Shown here piece after piece: positions 49,123 through 59,200 of a stretch of DNA of 64,000 bases (the stretch's first letter is position 1; every line of letters starts with the position of its first letter). The translations under genes were made by a program, and so were the position numbers. Where the stretch lies: positions 64,001 through 128,000 of the forward strand of contig CBFGIV010000001.1 in assembly GCA_965648915.1 (NCBI GenBank), given 5' to 3'. This stretch comes from a candidate division WOR-3 bacterium. Its GTDB lineage: Bacteria > Hydrothermota > Tepidihabitantia > SM23-42 > CAYGYG01. The notes under the pieces were generated by a model that ran no database searches, was not told the DNA's origin, and worked only from the letters and a program-made list of their open reading frames with translations.

Positions 49123-49338
49123 TTAAAGAAAAATGATTGAGGGGGGATGAGATTTTTCGCGTCGCTCAGAATGGCACATCATCATTAGCAAAGAGATTGA
49201 GGCCATCCGTCTTAAGATGAACACTACAATTAGCCGGTTTTTCCCTCTTGGAAAAGAGAAATTCTACCTCTGGCAAATTAAAGGCAGTGAGTCAGATGGA
49301 AAAATAGGGAGAAGATAATATTTCGACGGTAAGACTGA

Positions 49339-50112
49339 TTAACTCCATTTCGGTGGACGTTTCTCAAGAAATGCCTTCATCCCTTCTTTTGACTCGGGCA
49401 GAGAAAAGAGGATGGAGAATGCCTCCATTTCGTAAGAACAAGCAGTGGTTAGATTGGCATCGATACCCCGATTGATAACGGTCTTGGCCAATTTTACTGC
49501 GGTTGGCCCGACATCGATTATCTTCTTTGCCATATTTTTAGCTTCGTTTAGTAATTCCTCAGGTATTGTGACCTTATTTACAAGTCCGATTCGAAGCGCT
49601 TCGTTCGCATCAATCAGATCGCCGGTAAAGATGAGCTCTTTTGCCTTGCCCAATCCCACCAGCCGGGCAAGCCTTTGCGTGCCGGCGTGGCCGGGGATCA
49701 AGCCCAATTTCACCTCAGGTTGTCCGAACTTTGCTTTATCTGAAGCAATTCTGATGTCGCAAGCCATAGCAATTTCACAACCCGAGCCGAGCGCAAAACC
49801 GTTCACCGCAGCAATTACAACTTTCTCCATATTTTCGATATAGGCGAGGACCCGCTGGCCAATCATACTATATTCACGAGCCTTTAAGGAGTCCATCTCG
49901 GCCAGTCGAGAAATGTCTGACCCTGAAACAAAAGACTTTCCTTCGCCAGTTAAGATGATAACCCGGATCGATTGATCCTGGTTAAGTTCTTGAAGAAGTT
50001 GCTCAAGTTCGAGGATGGTTTCGATATTTACTGCATTGAGAACCTGGGGGCGGTTGAATTTTATAATCGCAATCCCGGGCTCTTTTTCGACTAAAAGGTA
50101 TTGATAAGCCAT
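49339..50112 (-). CDS. crt: Enoyl-CoA hydratase (crotonase)
   Basis: NRPQVLNA, FVSGSDI, AVNGFALGSGCEIAMACD, GQPEVKLGLIPG, EGMKAFLEKR. Confidence 0.9.
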   Translation of the reverse strand: MAYQYLLVEKEPGIAIIKFNRPQVLNAVNIETILELEQLLQELNQDQSIRVIILTGEGKSFVSGSDISRLAEMDSLKAREYSMIGQRVLAYIENMEKVVIAAVNGFALGSGCEIAMACDIRIASDKAKFGQPEVKLGLIPGHAGTQRLARLVGLGKAKELIFTGDLIDANEALRIGLVNKVTIPEELLNEAKNMAKKIIDVGPTAVKLAKTVINRGIDANLTTACSYEMEAFSILFSLPESKEGMKAFLEKRPPKWS

Positions 50113-50167
50113 TATACCTCCTTATTCAATTTATGCGTGGTTAATAATCGGCACAATAAATTTAAAT

Positions 50168-51472
50168 CTATAATTTTTTGAGCAGGCCTTTCTCATATGC
50201 CTCTTTCTCAAGTCGTTCGCGATGGTCGGGGTGAGCAATAGAGATAAGAGAAAGGGCGCGTTCTCTGAGATTCTTACCGTGGAGATAGGCAATGCCAAAC
50301 TCAGTAACGACATAATGGACATCGCCCCTTGAAGTGACCACACCAGCACCTTCTTTTAAGGTTGAGACAATGCGGGAGACTTTTCCATCTTTGGCGGTGG
50401 CGGGTAGGGCGATAATCGGTTTTCCGCCCTTAGAACTGGCTGCACCTCGAATAAAGTCGACCTGGCCACCAATTCCTGAATAGATCCGGGAGCCAATTGA
50501 ATCGGCACAGACCTGTCCGGTCAGATCAACCTCAATTGCTGAGTTGATTGCCACCATCTTTTCATTCTGGGCGATGATGAAGGGATTGTTGGTATAGTCG
50601 GTTGGATGCATCTCAAAAAGTGGATTGTTGTGGGCATATTGATAGAGATTCCTGGAACCAAAGATAAAAGTAGCCACAACCTTACCGGGATGGAGAGTCT
50701 TTCTTCTTCCGGTCACAATGCCCGACTCAATTGCCTCCATTATTCCATCCGAGACCATCTCGGTATGGATACCGAGGTCTCTTCGCCCTTTTAGGTTGGC
50801 AATCACTGCATCCGGGATACCACCGATGCCCAGTTGTAAGGTTGAGCCGTCTTCAATCAGGGAGAGGATGTAATCGGCAATACGTTTTTCGACCTGGGTT
50901 GGTTCTTTAGCAATAAGTTCAGGAAGTTCTTGAGAGATCTCGACAATCTTATTCACCCGTGATACATGGATGAAGCAATCGCCGAGAGTTCGGGGCATCT
51001 TTTCATTTACCTGACAGATGACAATCTTGGCGGTTTCGGCCGCAGCCTTGGAACAGAGCGCCTCTACCCCGAGACTGAGAAAGCCGTGCTGGTCGGGTGG
51101 TGAGGTATGAATCAGGGCAACATCGATGGGCAGAATTCCGGAGTGGAAGAGATTGGGAATTTGATAGAGAAAGACCGGGATATAATCGGCCCGACCCGCA
51201 TTCACTGCTTCGCGGTCTGCCGGGCCGACAAAGAGAGAATTATGCCGGAAATGTCCAGCCATTTCTGGTTTGGATGTTGGTTCGTCACCCCAGAGGAGAA
51301 CATGGGTGATTTCGACATTTGATAACTTTTCAGATCTCCGGGCAAGCCCTTCAAGTAAAGTATATGGTGTTGCCGCATTTCCACTTATAAAGACCCGGTC
51401 GTTGCTTTTAATAACTGAAACTGCTTCCTCGACCGAACTTAACTTCCTTTTATATTCATCAAGCCAGTTCAT
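50168..51472 (-). CDS. Acetyl-CoA hydrolase/4-hydroxybutyrate CoA-transferase family protein
   Basis: LQLGIGGIPDA, LGIHTEM (catalytic Glu), SGIGGQVDF, VVTEFG, IAHPDHR. Confidence 0.92.
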   Translation of the reverse strand: MNWLDEYKRKLSSVEEAVSVIKSNDRVFISGNAATPYTLLEGLARRSEKLSNVEITHVLLWGDEPTSKPEMAGHFRHNSLFVGPADREAVNAGRADYIPVFLYQIPNLFHSGILPIDVALIHTSPPDQHGFLSLGVEALCSKAAAETAKIVICQVNEKMPRTLGDCFIHVSRVNKIVEISQELPELIAKEPTQVEKRIADYILSLIEDGSTLQLGIGGIPDAVIANLKGRRDLGIHTEMVSDGIMEAIESGIVTGRRKTLHPGKVVATFIFGSRNLYQYAHNNPLFEMHPTDYTNNPFIIAQNEKMVAINSAIEVDLTGQVCADSIGSRIYSGIGGQVDFIRGAASSKGGKPIIALPATAKDGKVSRIVSTLKEGAGVVTSRGDVHYVVTEFGIAYLHGKNLRERALSLISIAHPDHRERLEKEAYEKGLLKKL

Positions 51473-51485
51473 AATTAGACCTCTT

Positions 51486-52616
51486 TTATAAGATAGATTT
51501 TATATCAATACAGGGAGAGTTTTCGGTAGCGAGATGGGGATGGGTAATTTTGCCTTTGAAGGTGCAGGTTCCTTTTTGTAATGCATAATTTTGTTTTAAT
51601 GCCTTCTCAATTCCAAGTGTAACAATAGACGTTATATAAGGCAATAAGTTATTTGTCAAGGCCTTGGTTGCGGTCCTTGCCACCCAGGCCGGGACATTGG
51701 GGACACAGAAATGGGTGACACCATCGACCTGGTAGATATAGTTCTCTTCCGGGGTTAATCTTGATGTTTCACTACAACCACCCTGGTCAATTGAAAAATC
51801 GATCAGGACTGACCCTTTCTTCATTGTCTTGACCATATCTTTGGTAACAAGGATTGGTGCCCGTTCACCGTGGATATAAGCACAGAGGATGAGGACATCG
51901 GCAAAACTGACAAGTTTTTCGAGATTGGTTCGATTGGAGTGGATAGTGGTGATCCGGCCCAGACAGAATTGGGAAATAAATTCGAGACGCTTGGGATTTC
52001 GATCCGCAATATAGACATTAGCCCCGAGCCCGGAGAATGCTTTGGCAGCATACATCCCGAGGGTTCCGCCGCCGATAATTACGATCTCGGCTGGAGGAAT
52101 ACCCGGAATGCCTCCGAGGAGAATACCAGTTCCCCATTTTGAAGTATTTTCCATCAACCGGCCGGCAATCTGAACCGCCATACTGCCCGCAATCTGGCTC
52201 ATCGGTTTCAATATGGGTAGTTCTAAATCTTCGGTTTCAATTACCTCATAACCGATAGTCGTGATCTTCTTATCGATAAGCATCTGAAAGAATTCCTTTG
52301 GGGCAACGGCTAAACTTAAGAATCCCATAAGTATCTGATTTTCTTTGAAAAAATCCCAGGTCTCCCTCTTCACCGGCCGGGCGATCTTGACAATCATATC
52401 AGCCCGGCGGAAGACTTCCTCTTTATTGTAAGCAATTCGGGCGCCGGCATTTATATAGTCGCGGTCGCTAAACCCGGCACCTTCACCCGCATTGGTTTCG
52501 ACAAAGACTTCTACGCCGAGGGCAGTTAATTCTTTGACCCCGGCAGGGGACAATCCAACTCTCTTTTCGACAATTCCTACATCCCAGATTATTTCCTTGG
52601 GAATTCCAACAATCAT
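51486..52616 (-). CDS. ald: Alanine dehydrogenase family protein (divergent active site)
   Basis: GIPKE..EKRVGLSP, GEGAGFSD, PMSQIAG, GGIPG, IDQGGCSET, HFCVPNVP; canonical KVKEP and YLHLA read KIARP and FLSLA. Confidence 0.75.
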   Translation of the reverse strand: MIVGIPKEIIWDVGIVEKRVGLSPAGVKELTALGVEVFVETNAGEGAGFSDRDYINAGARIAYNKEEVFRRADMIVKIARPVKRETWDFFKENQILMGFLSLAVAPKEFFQMLIDKKITTIGYEVIETEDLELPILKPMSQIAGSMAVQIAGRLMENTSKWGTGILLGGIPGIPPAEIVIIGGGTLGMYAAKAFSGLGANVYIADRNPKRLEFISQFCLGRITTIHSNRTNLEKLVSFADVLILCAYIHGERAPILVTKDMVKTMKKGSVLIDFSIDQGGCSETSRLTPEENYIYQVDGVTHFCVPNVPAWVARTATKALTNNLLPYITSIVTLGIEKALKQNYALQKGTCTFKGKITHPHLATENSPCIDIKSIL

Positions 52617-52670
52617 TTTTCACTCCTTTTGATCAAGATATCTTAGGAAAAATTGGGTAACAATAAATTG

Positions 52671-52688
52671 TTAGATAATGTTATCTAA
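52671..52688. promoter_or_regulatory. Palindromic operator candidate overlapping the ald-operon -10 box
   Basis: TTAGATAA-TG-TTATCTAA perfect 8-2-8 inverted repeat; minus-strand promoter TTGACT(52705-700)-N16-TAACAT(52683-78). Confidence 0.6.
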
Positions 52689-52900
52689 ATATAATGAAAA
52701 GTCAAGATGTATAAAAGGAGACATTTTTTACCTGTAAAAGTCAGAGCTGAGTAACCACTAAATTAGGTCAGGAAGATTTTTTTCTTGCCATTTTGCTTTT
52801 TTTATTTATAATCACTAACCTTTTAATGTTTGGTAGTCTCTTCCCGGAGAATTAAAAAAGTCATCTATTTTAAGCAGGTCACTATTTAAGGAGGTATTTA

Positions 52901-54037
52901 ATGGCAAATAAAGGCGACAAAAAGGCGGACCTGGCAGGGCCTGGTGTCAGCACCTATGAAGAGGTTGAAAAGATCCTGCCTACTGATTACAAAGCAATCC
53001 TGCCACCGCTCGAACGGATGAAGGCACTCTTTGCAATCAAAGAGTATATCGAGAAGAATCTCTGTAAGGAACTGAATCTGACAATGGTTCAGGTGCCTTT
53101 AATTGTTGATCGGGAAAGTGGTGTCAACGATATGTTAGACCGCGATGGTTCAAGAACGCCGGTTGAATTTCCCTGCGGTCTTGGACTCGATAAGCCGATT
53201 CAGGCTCAGATTGTTCAGGCAGCAACAAAATGGAAACGCCCAGCCCTAGCCCAGTTTGGTTGTAAGGTTGGAGAGGGTATCTGCACAGATATGCGTGCGG
53301 TGCGCAAGGACTACTTCTTAGACCATGACCACAGTTCTTATGTCGATCAATGGGACTGGGAGAAGGTGATAACGCCCGATCAGAGAAATTTAGCATTTCT
53401 TAAAGATACGGTTCGAAAAATCTGGAAGGTTATCCGCGGTGCGGGCAAGTATGCTCAGGAACTCTATCCCGAGCTCAAAACCAGCAAATATCCTGACTTT
53501 CCCGAAGAGTTGACTTTTCTCCATGCCGAGGATATCCTCGATATGTATCCGGATCTTCCCCGCAAACAACGCGAGACACTTATTCTCCAGAAATACCCAG
53601 CTATCTTCATCATCGGGATCGGCTGGCCATTAAAAGATGGTTATCCCCATGAGATGCGGGCAGCAGATTACGACGACTGGATTACTGATACATCAAAAGA
53701 GACCGGAAAACCGACCCACGGCTTAAATGGTGACATCTTGGTCTGGAACCCGGTGACCAGACGGAGACATGAATTAACATCAATGGGTATCAGAGTAACC
53801 AAAGAGACCTTGGTTAAACAACTCGAGATGGCAGGACAGTTGGAGAATCTTAAACTGCCTTATCATCAAAAGATTATGAATGATCAGATTCCGCTTTCGA
53901 TCGGTGGTGGTATCGGTCAGTCCCGGACCTATATGTATCTATTAAGAACCGCCCATCTTGGCGAAGTTAGTGTTACGGTCTGGCCCAAACAACTCAAGGA
54001 GATCTGCGCCAAGAAAAATATCTTTGTCTTAGAGTAA
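52901..54037 (+). CDS. asnA: Aspartate-ammonia ligase
   Basis: VQAATKWKR, HSSYVDQWDWE, RAADYDDW, LNGDIL, SMGIRV, SIGGGIGQSR, HLGEV; SD GGAGG; promoter TTGCCA-N16-TATAAT. Confidence 0.95.
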   Translation: MANKGDKKADLAGPGVSTYEEVEKILPTDYKAILPPLERMKALFAIKEYIEKNLCKELNLTMVQVPLIVDRESGVNDMLDRDGSRTPVEFPCGLGLDKPIQAQIVQAATKWKRPALAQFGCKVGEGICTDMRAVRKDYFLDHDHSSYVDQWDWEKVITPDQRNLAFLKDTVRKIWKVIRGAGKYAQELYPELKTSKYPDFPEELTFLHAEDILDMYPDLPRKQRETLILQKYPAIFIIGIGWPLKDGYPHEMRAADYDDWITDTSKETGKPTHGLNGDILVWNPVTRRRHELTSMGIRVTKETLVKQLEMAGQLENLKLPYHQKIMNDQIPLSIGGGIGQSRTYMYLLRTAHLGEVSVTVWPKQLKEICAKKNIFVLE

Positions 54038-54051
54038 ATCTTCGCAAAGTT

Positions 54052-54076
54052 AAGGCGGGCGTCGCGCCCGCCTTTT
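54052..54076 (+). terminator. Rho-independent terminator after asnA
   Basis: AAGGCGGGCG-TCG-CGCCCGCCTT followed by T residues. Confidence 0.8.
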
Positions 54077-54849
54077 GTTCGCTTGTTAACATTAACATCT
54101 TTCCTGGAGCAGACCCCGGGCAATAACTTTATTCTTTTTACTCTTACTGGTTGGTCGATGAATTTTAATCAATCAATTACCTGCCCGCTGGTTGACTGCA
54201 GCCCTATGGAGGCAGAGTAATGCATACAGTTGGCGATCTTGACCTGCCGCATAGTTTCTTCGGTTTTCGGTTAGTGGAATATTTATATGTGTTTGAAAAT
54301 CGAGGAGATAATTTTTATCAATAATTAGTTAGAGATTCTCTAAAGAGAGTTGACCGTAAGTCCGATTAAATCGCATTTTCGTATTTAGGCAATTGCCTAA
54401 ATAATGAAATGCCTGGTTGACATTACCCAAAAGACCAATTTGGGCAAGTCTTCACAATTTCCAAAACGATTCACCTGCTCGCTAATTCCATATGAGTTAA
54501 CTGGATAGATGCCTAAGAATTTAGAATTTAGAACCATAACTGTCTTGAAAAGGAGATTTTTCTCCGATTTTTTATGCTTGCTTTTTATCCCTTTTGTCTA
54601 TAATCTGGTTAATAGAACCTCTTCATATCTTTCGATGTGATTATACGCATATTTTTTTAAGGAAATCTATGGTCCTTTTCCAAATCAGGTGTTTGTTTGA
54701 AAGATATGATTTTTAGAGCGTTATCGTAAAATTGTGTCCAACTCATGTAAATACATTTTCGACTTTGAGCCTCTAAAACTAAGTATAAAGATGGCTGTTG
54801 ACAAAATTGATTTTTCATATATTTTTTTTCTTAAGAAGAAGAGTGAATT

Positions 54850-56292
54850 ATGAATAGGCCTAACCGAAACGGTGCTGATATAAAATTCTTAACCTTGAGG
54901 ATGCTATTGTTAACGATATTTTTGACTTCAGTTCTCTCTGCCCAGGATACTTTAATCCGCTGGGAAACACCAGTAAATTTGAGCAATGATACCGTCTTTA
55001 ACATTCACCCTTGGATTGAGGCTCAAGGGAATTATGTGCATGCAGTTTGGGTAGAAATGGATAAGAGAGTTCTTTATCGCTTTAGCACTGATTGGGGCAC
55101 AACCTGGAGTAATGTGCGACAACTTAATGATACCATTACCTCTTGTATCCTACCAAAATTATACATTAATAATAACTACGTTCATTGCATATGGATTCAG
55201 CGCTATTTAGGGGCAGATTCCCGCTTGCACTACCGAAGAAGTACGAATTATGGTTTGACATGGGATAGCGTTCTAACACTGTGGCAATATATGGGCCAAG
55301 ATAACGGGATTGCAGGTTGTGGTGATACCATCTTTGTTGTGGGTCGTTGCGGTATTGACACCTCGCTATCATTTAGAAAAAGCACCGACAACGGTATAAC
55401 CTGGTTACCTCGCCGGGTAGTAAATCGGCACATACCTCTTTACAGTGAGGGTTTGTGCTATGATTGTAATTCACTTCATTTGAGCTATACATTCCTCGAC
55501 TCTGTATACTACACCCGTAGCACTGATGGTGGGGAAACTTGGTCAATCCCTGCTGACATTACTGAGGATCCGAAAGCCTCGAAATGTTGTCACATTGCTG
55601 CTGATTCTGGGTATTTATTTCTACCCTGGCTTAGCTGTAAATACTCCGGTTCCATCTGGAATGATGTTCTTCTGCGTCGTTCAACCAATAACGGTTTATC
55701 ATGGCTACCGGAGCAACAGATCACTGACCATCATCTCGTAGATTATGATTATGATATAAGTGCGGAGTATAATGATGTCTATCTTATTTGGGACAAAATT
55801 TCTTCAGGATCAGAGCCCAGATCCATTCAGTTTCGTGCTTCGACAAATAAAGGTGACACCTGGTGGCCAATCGAAGATATATTTAGATGTCCATCTCAAT
55901 CTGTACTTGCTCTCGCGCCTTCAATAGCGGTCTCTTTTCCTGTATTACATGTAATTTGGGACCACCGTCGTTACGATACTTTTGATATCTACTATCTTCG
56001 TGGAACGAGACTGCCGGTTGAAGTAAAGGATGAAAAGGGATCGAGATTAAATCATATTTATTTAACAGTTTTCCCCAATCCGTTTACAAACAAGACTTAT
56101 ATCAAATCAATCCCTTACTCTAAAATAGCCATTTTCGATGCCTCAGGACGCATAGTAAAACACTTAAAAGGTGGGGAGACTATCTGGTGTGGGGAGAATG
56201 ACAAAGGCGAGATACTTTCCCCGGGTGTCTACTTTATTATTCCCGATGGGGGAAAAAAGTTAGTAAAAAAAGTCGTCTTTTTAGGGAGGTAA
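54850..56292 (+). CDS. Secreted BNR/Asp-box beta-propeller (sialidase-fold) protein with T9SS-like C-terminal domain
   Basis: Six R/FxSTD/NxGxT/SW Asp-boxes; signal-like segment after Met 54901 (alternative start); CTD FPNPF..IFDASGR..W..PGVYF..KKVV. Confidence 0.82.
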   Translation: MNRPNRNGADIKFLTLRMLLLTIFLTSVLSAQDTLIRWETPVNLSNDTVFNIHPWIEAQGNYVHAVWVEMDKRVLYRFSTDWGTTWSNVRQLNDTITSCILPKLYINNNYVHCIWIQRYLGADSRLHYRRSTNYGLTWDSVLTLWQYMGQDNGIAGCGDTIFVVGRCGIDTSLSFRKSTDNGITWLPRRVVNRHIPLYSEGLCYDCNSLHLSYTFLDSVYYTRSTDGGETWSIPADITEDPKASKCCHIAADSGYLFLPWLSCKYSGSIWNDVLLRRSTNNGLSWLPEQQITDHHLVDYDYDISAEYNDVYLIWDKISSGSEPRSIQFRASTNKGDTWWPIEDIFRCPSQSVLALAPSIAVSFPVLHVIWDHRRYDTFDIYYLRGTRLPVEVKDEKGSRLNHIYLTVFPNPFTNKTYIKSIPYSKIAIFDASGRIVKHLKGGETIWCGENDKGEILSPGVYFIIPDGGKKLVKKVVFLGR

Positions 56293-56294
56293 AA

Positions 56295-59200
56295 ATGACC
56301 AAAGTGATAAAAACATCTATCATACTCTTGGCATCAGGTAGCGTCCTTATTGGTCAACCACAGATGCCATACTGGGACTTCTCAAATGGCCCATTTATGG
56401 CACGTAAAATCACTGACTTTTCAATCGGCTATACTCTTTCTAACACTCCGATTATCTATGCTGTAAATAAAGACACTGCATTGGCTAAGACAACAAACGA
56501 GGGTCTAAGTTGGGACATTCTCTCCAATGGTCCTTCGAGTCAGTATGTGAGATGTGTTGTTACCAATCGTGACAATCCTGATATTGTCTACAAAGGGGTC
56601 TCTGGATTTACAACAAACAATGGTGTTTTAAAGAGCACCAATGGAGGAGTAAGCTGGGTTACAAAGAATAATGGTCTACCCTCGAAATTGTATCCTTCAC
56701 GACTTGGCATGTTTCCAACGAGTCCAGATTATTTACTACTTGGAACAGATAGTCGTCAGCCAGGAACAGAATGCCTATTTAGAAGTACTGATGGTGGAAA
56801 TATCTGGACCTCTGTTAACCCAATTTATCCCGACATTCTTAGTGTGACGGACTTCTCGTTTAACTCTAATCTCATCAGCTGGGTGTGCCTTTCTGTAGAC
56901 TGGTCATCAGATCTTAATCACGCCTACCATGGCGTTTGGATAAGCACTGACTATGGTTTAACCTGGCGTCATATTGGAGGGCCGGACAATATGCCTTATT
57001 CAGAAGCCACTTGCGTGGCGATAGTTTCGGAAGATGTAATCTTTGCTGGATTCTATTCACAGATTGCACCCTTCAGGTTTCTTGGTGGTATATTAAGAAC
57101 AACCGATGCAGGCCAGACCTGGGAAATTAAGCACTCTTTCTATAATATTCCACCGACCGATATAGCTATTGATCCCAATAATCCTTTGACGGTTTATATG
57201 GCAGTTGGTAGTGAGATGCAATCCGATGTAGGAATGGGTGTCTTACGCAGCACCGATGGTGGAGAGACATGGTTTCCTTACAATAGTGGGCTCAGGGATC
57301 TATTTGTCCATTCCCTTGGAATAAACAGAAATAATCCTAATCGCCTGTATGCCGGGACGATGTCGGGTTTCTATTTAAGACCTGGTCCAGAGCCTGACAT
57401 GTGGGAAGAGCGAGTGAACACGCTGTTTAGAACAAGTGTTGGTTACATATTTCCAAGACAGCCAGCAGTTTTGACTTTTTCAGAAGATAATTGTATCTGG
57501 AACTATCAAGTTACTTTACAACACCCAGTTCAGCCTTGGTCAACAGTAAATACCTTCGGTTTTCGCACAAAAGCGGTTGATGCTCAAACAGGGAGTTCAC
57601 AGGCAATGTTGCGAGGTTGTCTGACCGCTTGGTATGATCCACCGGATTCTATAAAAAAGAGTATTGATGGTGGCTATAATTGGTACGGTGTATGGGGAGA
57701 TTACTTTATTAATACTATCAGTTATTCTCCAACTCATCCTGAACGCGTATATGCCGGCACCGGCTTTATTGAGACTACGGTTCCATTTTTATGGTATAGT
57801 TATGACGGCGGTGAAAATTGGGGAATGCGCATTCGGCCCTGGAATTTTGAAACAAATACGATTGCTATGCAGTATAATAATCCCGACTTTATATACCTTG
57901 GTGACGCAAGAGGCAATTACGGAGTATATTATAGCCCTGATGCTGGAAATAATGTTTATGCATTCAATGAAGGATTTCCGGTCGAGCCTCCACCAAAGCC
58001 GCCATATCCTAAGATAAGTAAGTTGACTATTGATCCTCAGAATAAATATATTTATGCAGCGACGAACATTGGACTTTGGCGCAGAGATGTCAGCAGTGGC
58101 ATACAGTGGATGCGTATTGGCGAAAGTGCGATTCAGCAAGATAGTATCGTCGATATAGATGTTTATCCGAGCGAAATAAACATACTGTATTGTGCAACGA
58201 AAGACTTGGATGGAATTGGTCATATTTATACAAGCCCAGATTACGGCTCAACCTGGCTTGAGACGCCTATATATTGGCCTCTACGCGGAATACTTGACCC
58301 CGGTGAGGTTTTTGATCTCGCATCTGTACCTAATATCCAGGATACTGTTTTTGGTGGCACAAGTAAAGGCGCCTATTATTATGTTGACAATTATATCTCA
58401 GGAACAATAACCGAGAATACGACTCTTGGCCCTGGTGATTATATAGTTACGGGGGATATTACGGTTCCTTCAGGCATAACCCTGACTATTCAACCCAATA
58501 CCAATCTTTATTTCACACCCGATTTTGATCGCACTGGTTCAGGGATTAATCCTGATAAATGTGAGTTGATTGTTCTGGGAACCTTAAATGCTGTCGCAAC
58601 TCAAACCGATTCAATTAGATTCTTATCACTTGCGTCTTTACCTCAAACTGGTGACTGGTATGGAATAAGGGCTGAGGCAAACAGTGATGTTGCTATCGCT
58701 TATGCAAGGATTCAGGATGCTTATGCCGGCATCGAATGCAAGACCGATAATTTCTCTCTTAACTATTGCACGATAACCAGGAATGAGGTTTATGGTTTAA
58801 GACTTGAAAATTGCAATCCATTTTTAATAGGCGGTAATAATTTAACGGCGAATAAGGTATATGGTATATTTGCGGTCAATTGTGGTTTAAATCTGACTGG
58901 CAATTACATCGAGCAGACCAGCGGTTATGGTATATACCTGAGAGGTCGTTCATCCTGTAACTTCTATGACGATCCTATGCCAAAGTGTAATTTAATAACC
59001 GGTTTAGATTGGCCTGATAACTATGGGCTTTACTGTTACGGTAGTGGAATTGGTGCAATCAATGACTATGGCCATTCCTATATTGAGCACTTTGGACAGG
59101 CCGGAATATGTTGTATGAAGTTCGCTTCGCCGACCATCAGAGATTTCTGGCACATCAGAGAAAATTACATCGGTTTATATTGTGTGAACGGATCGCGTCC

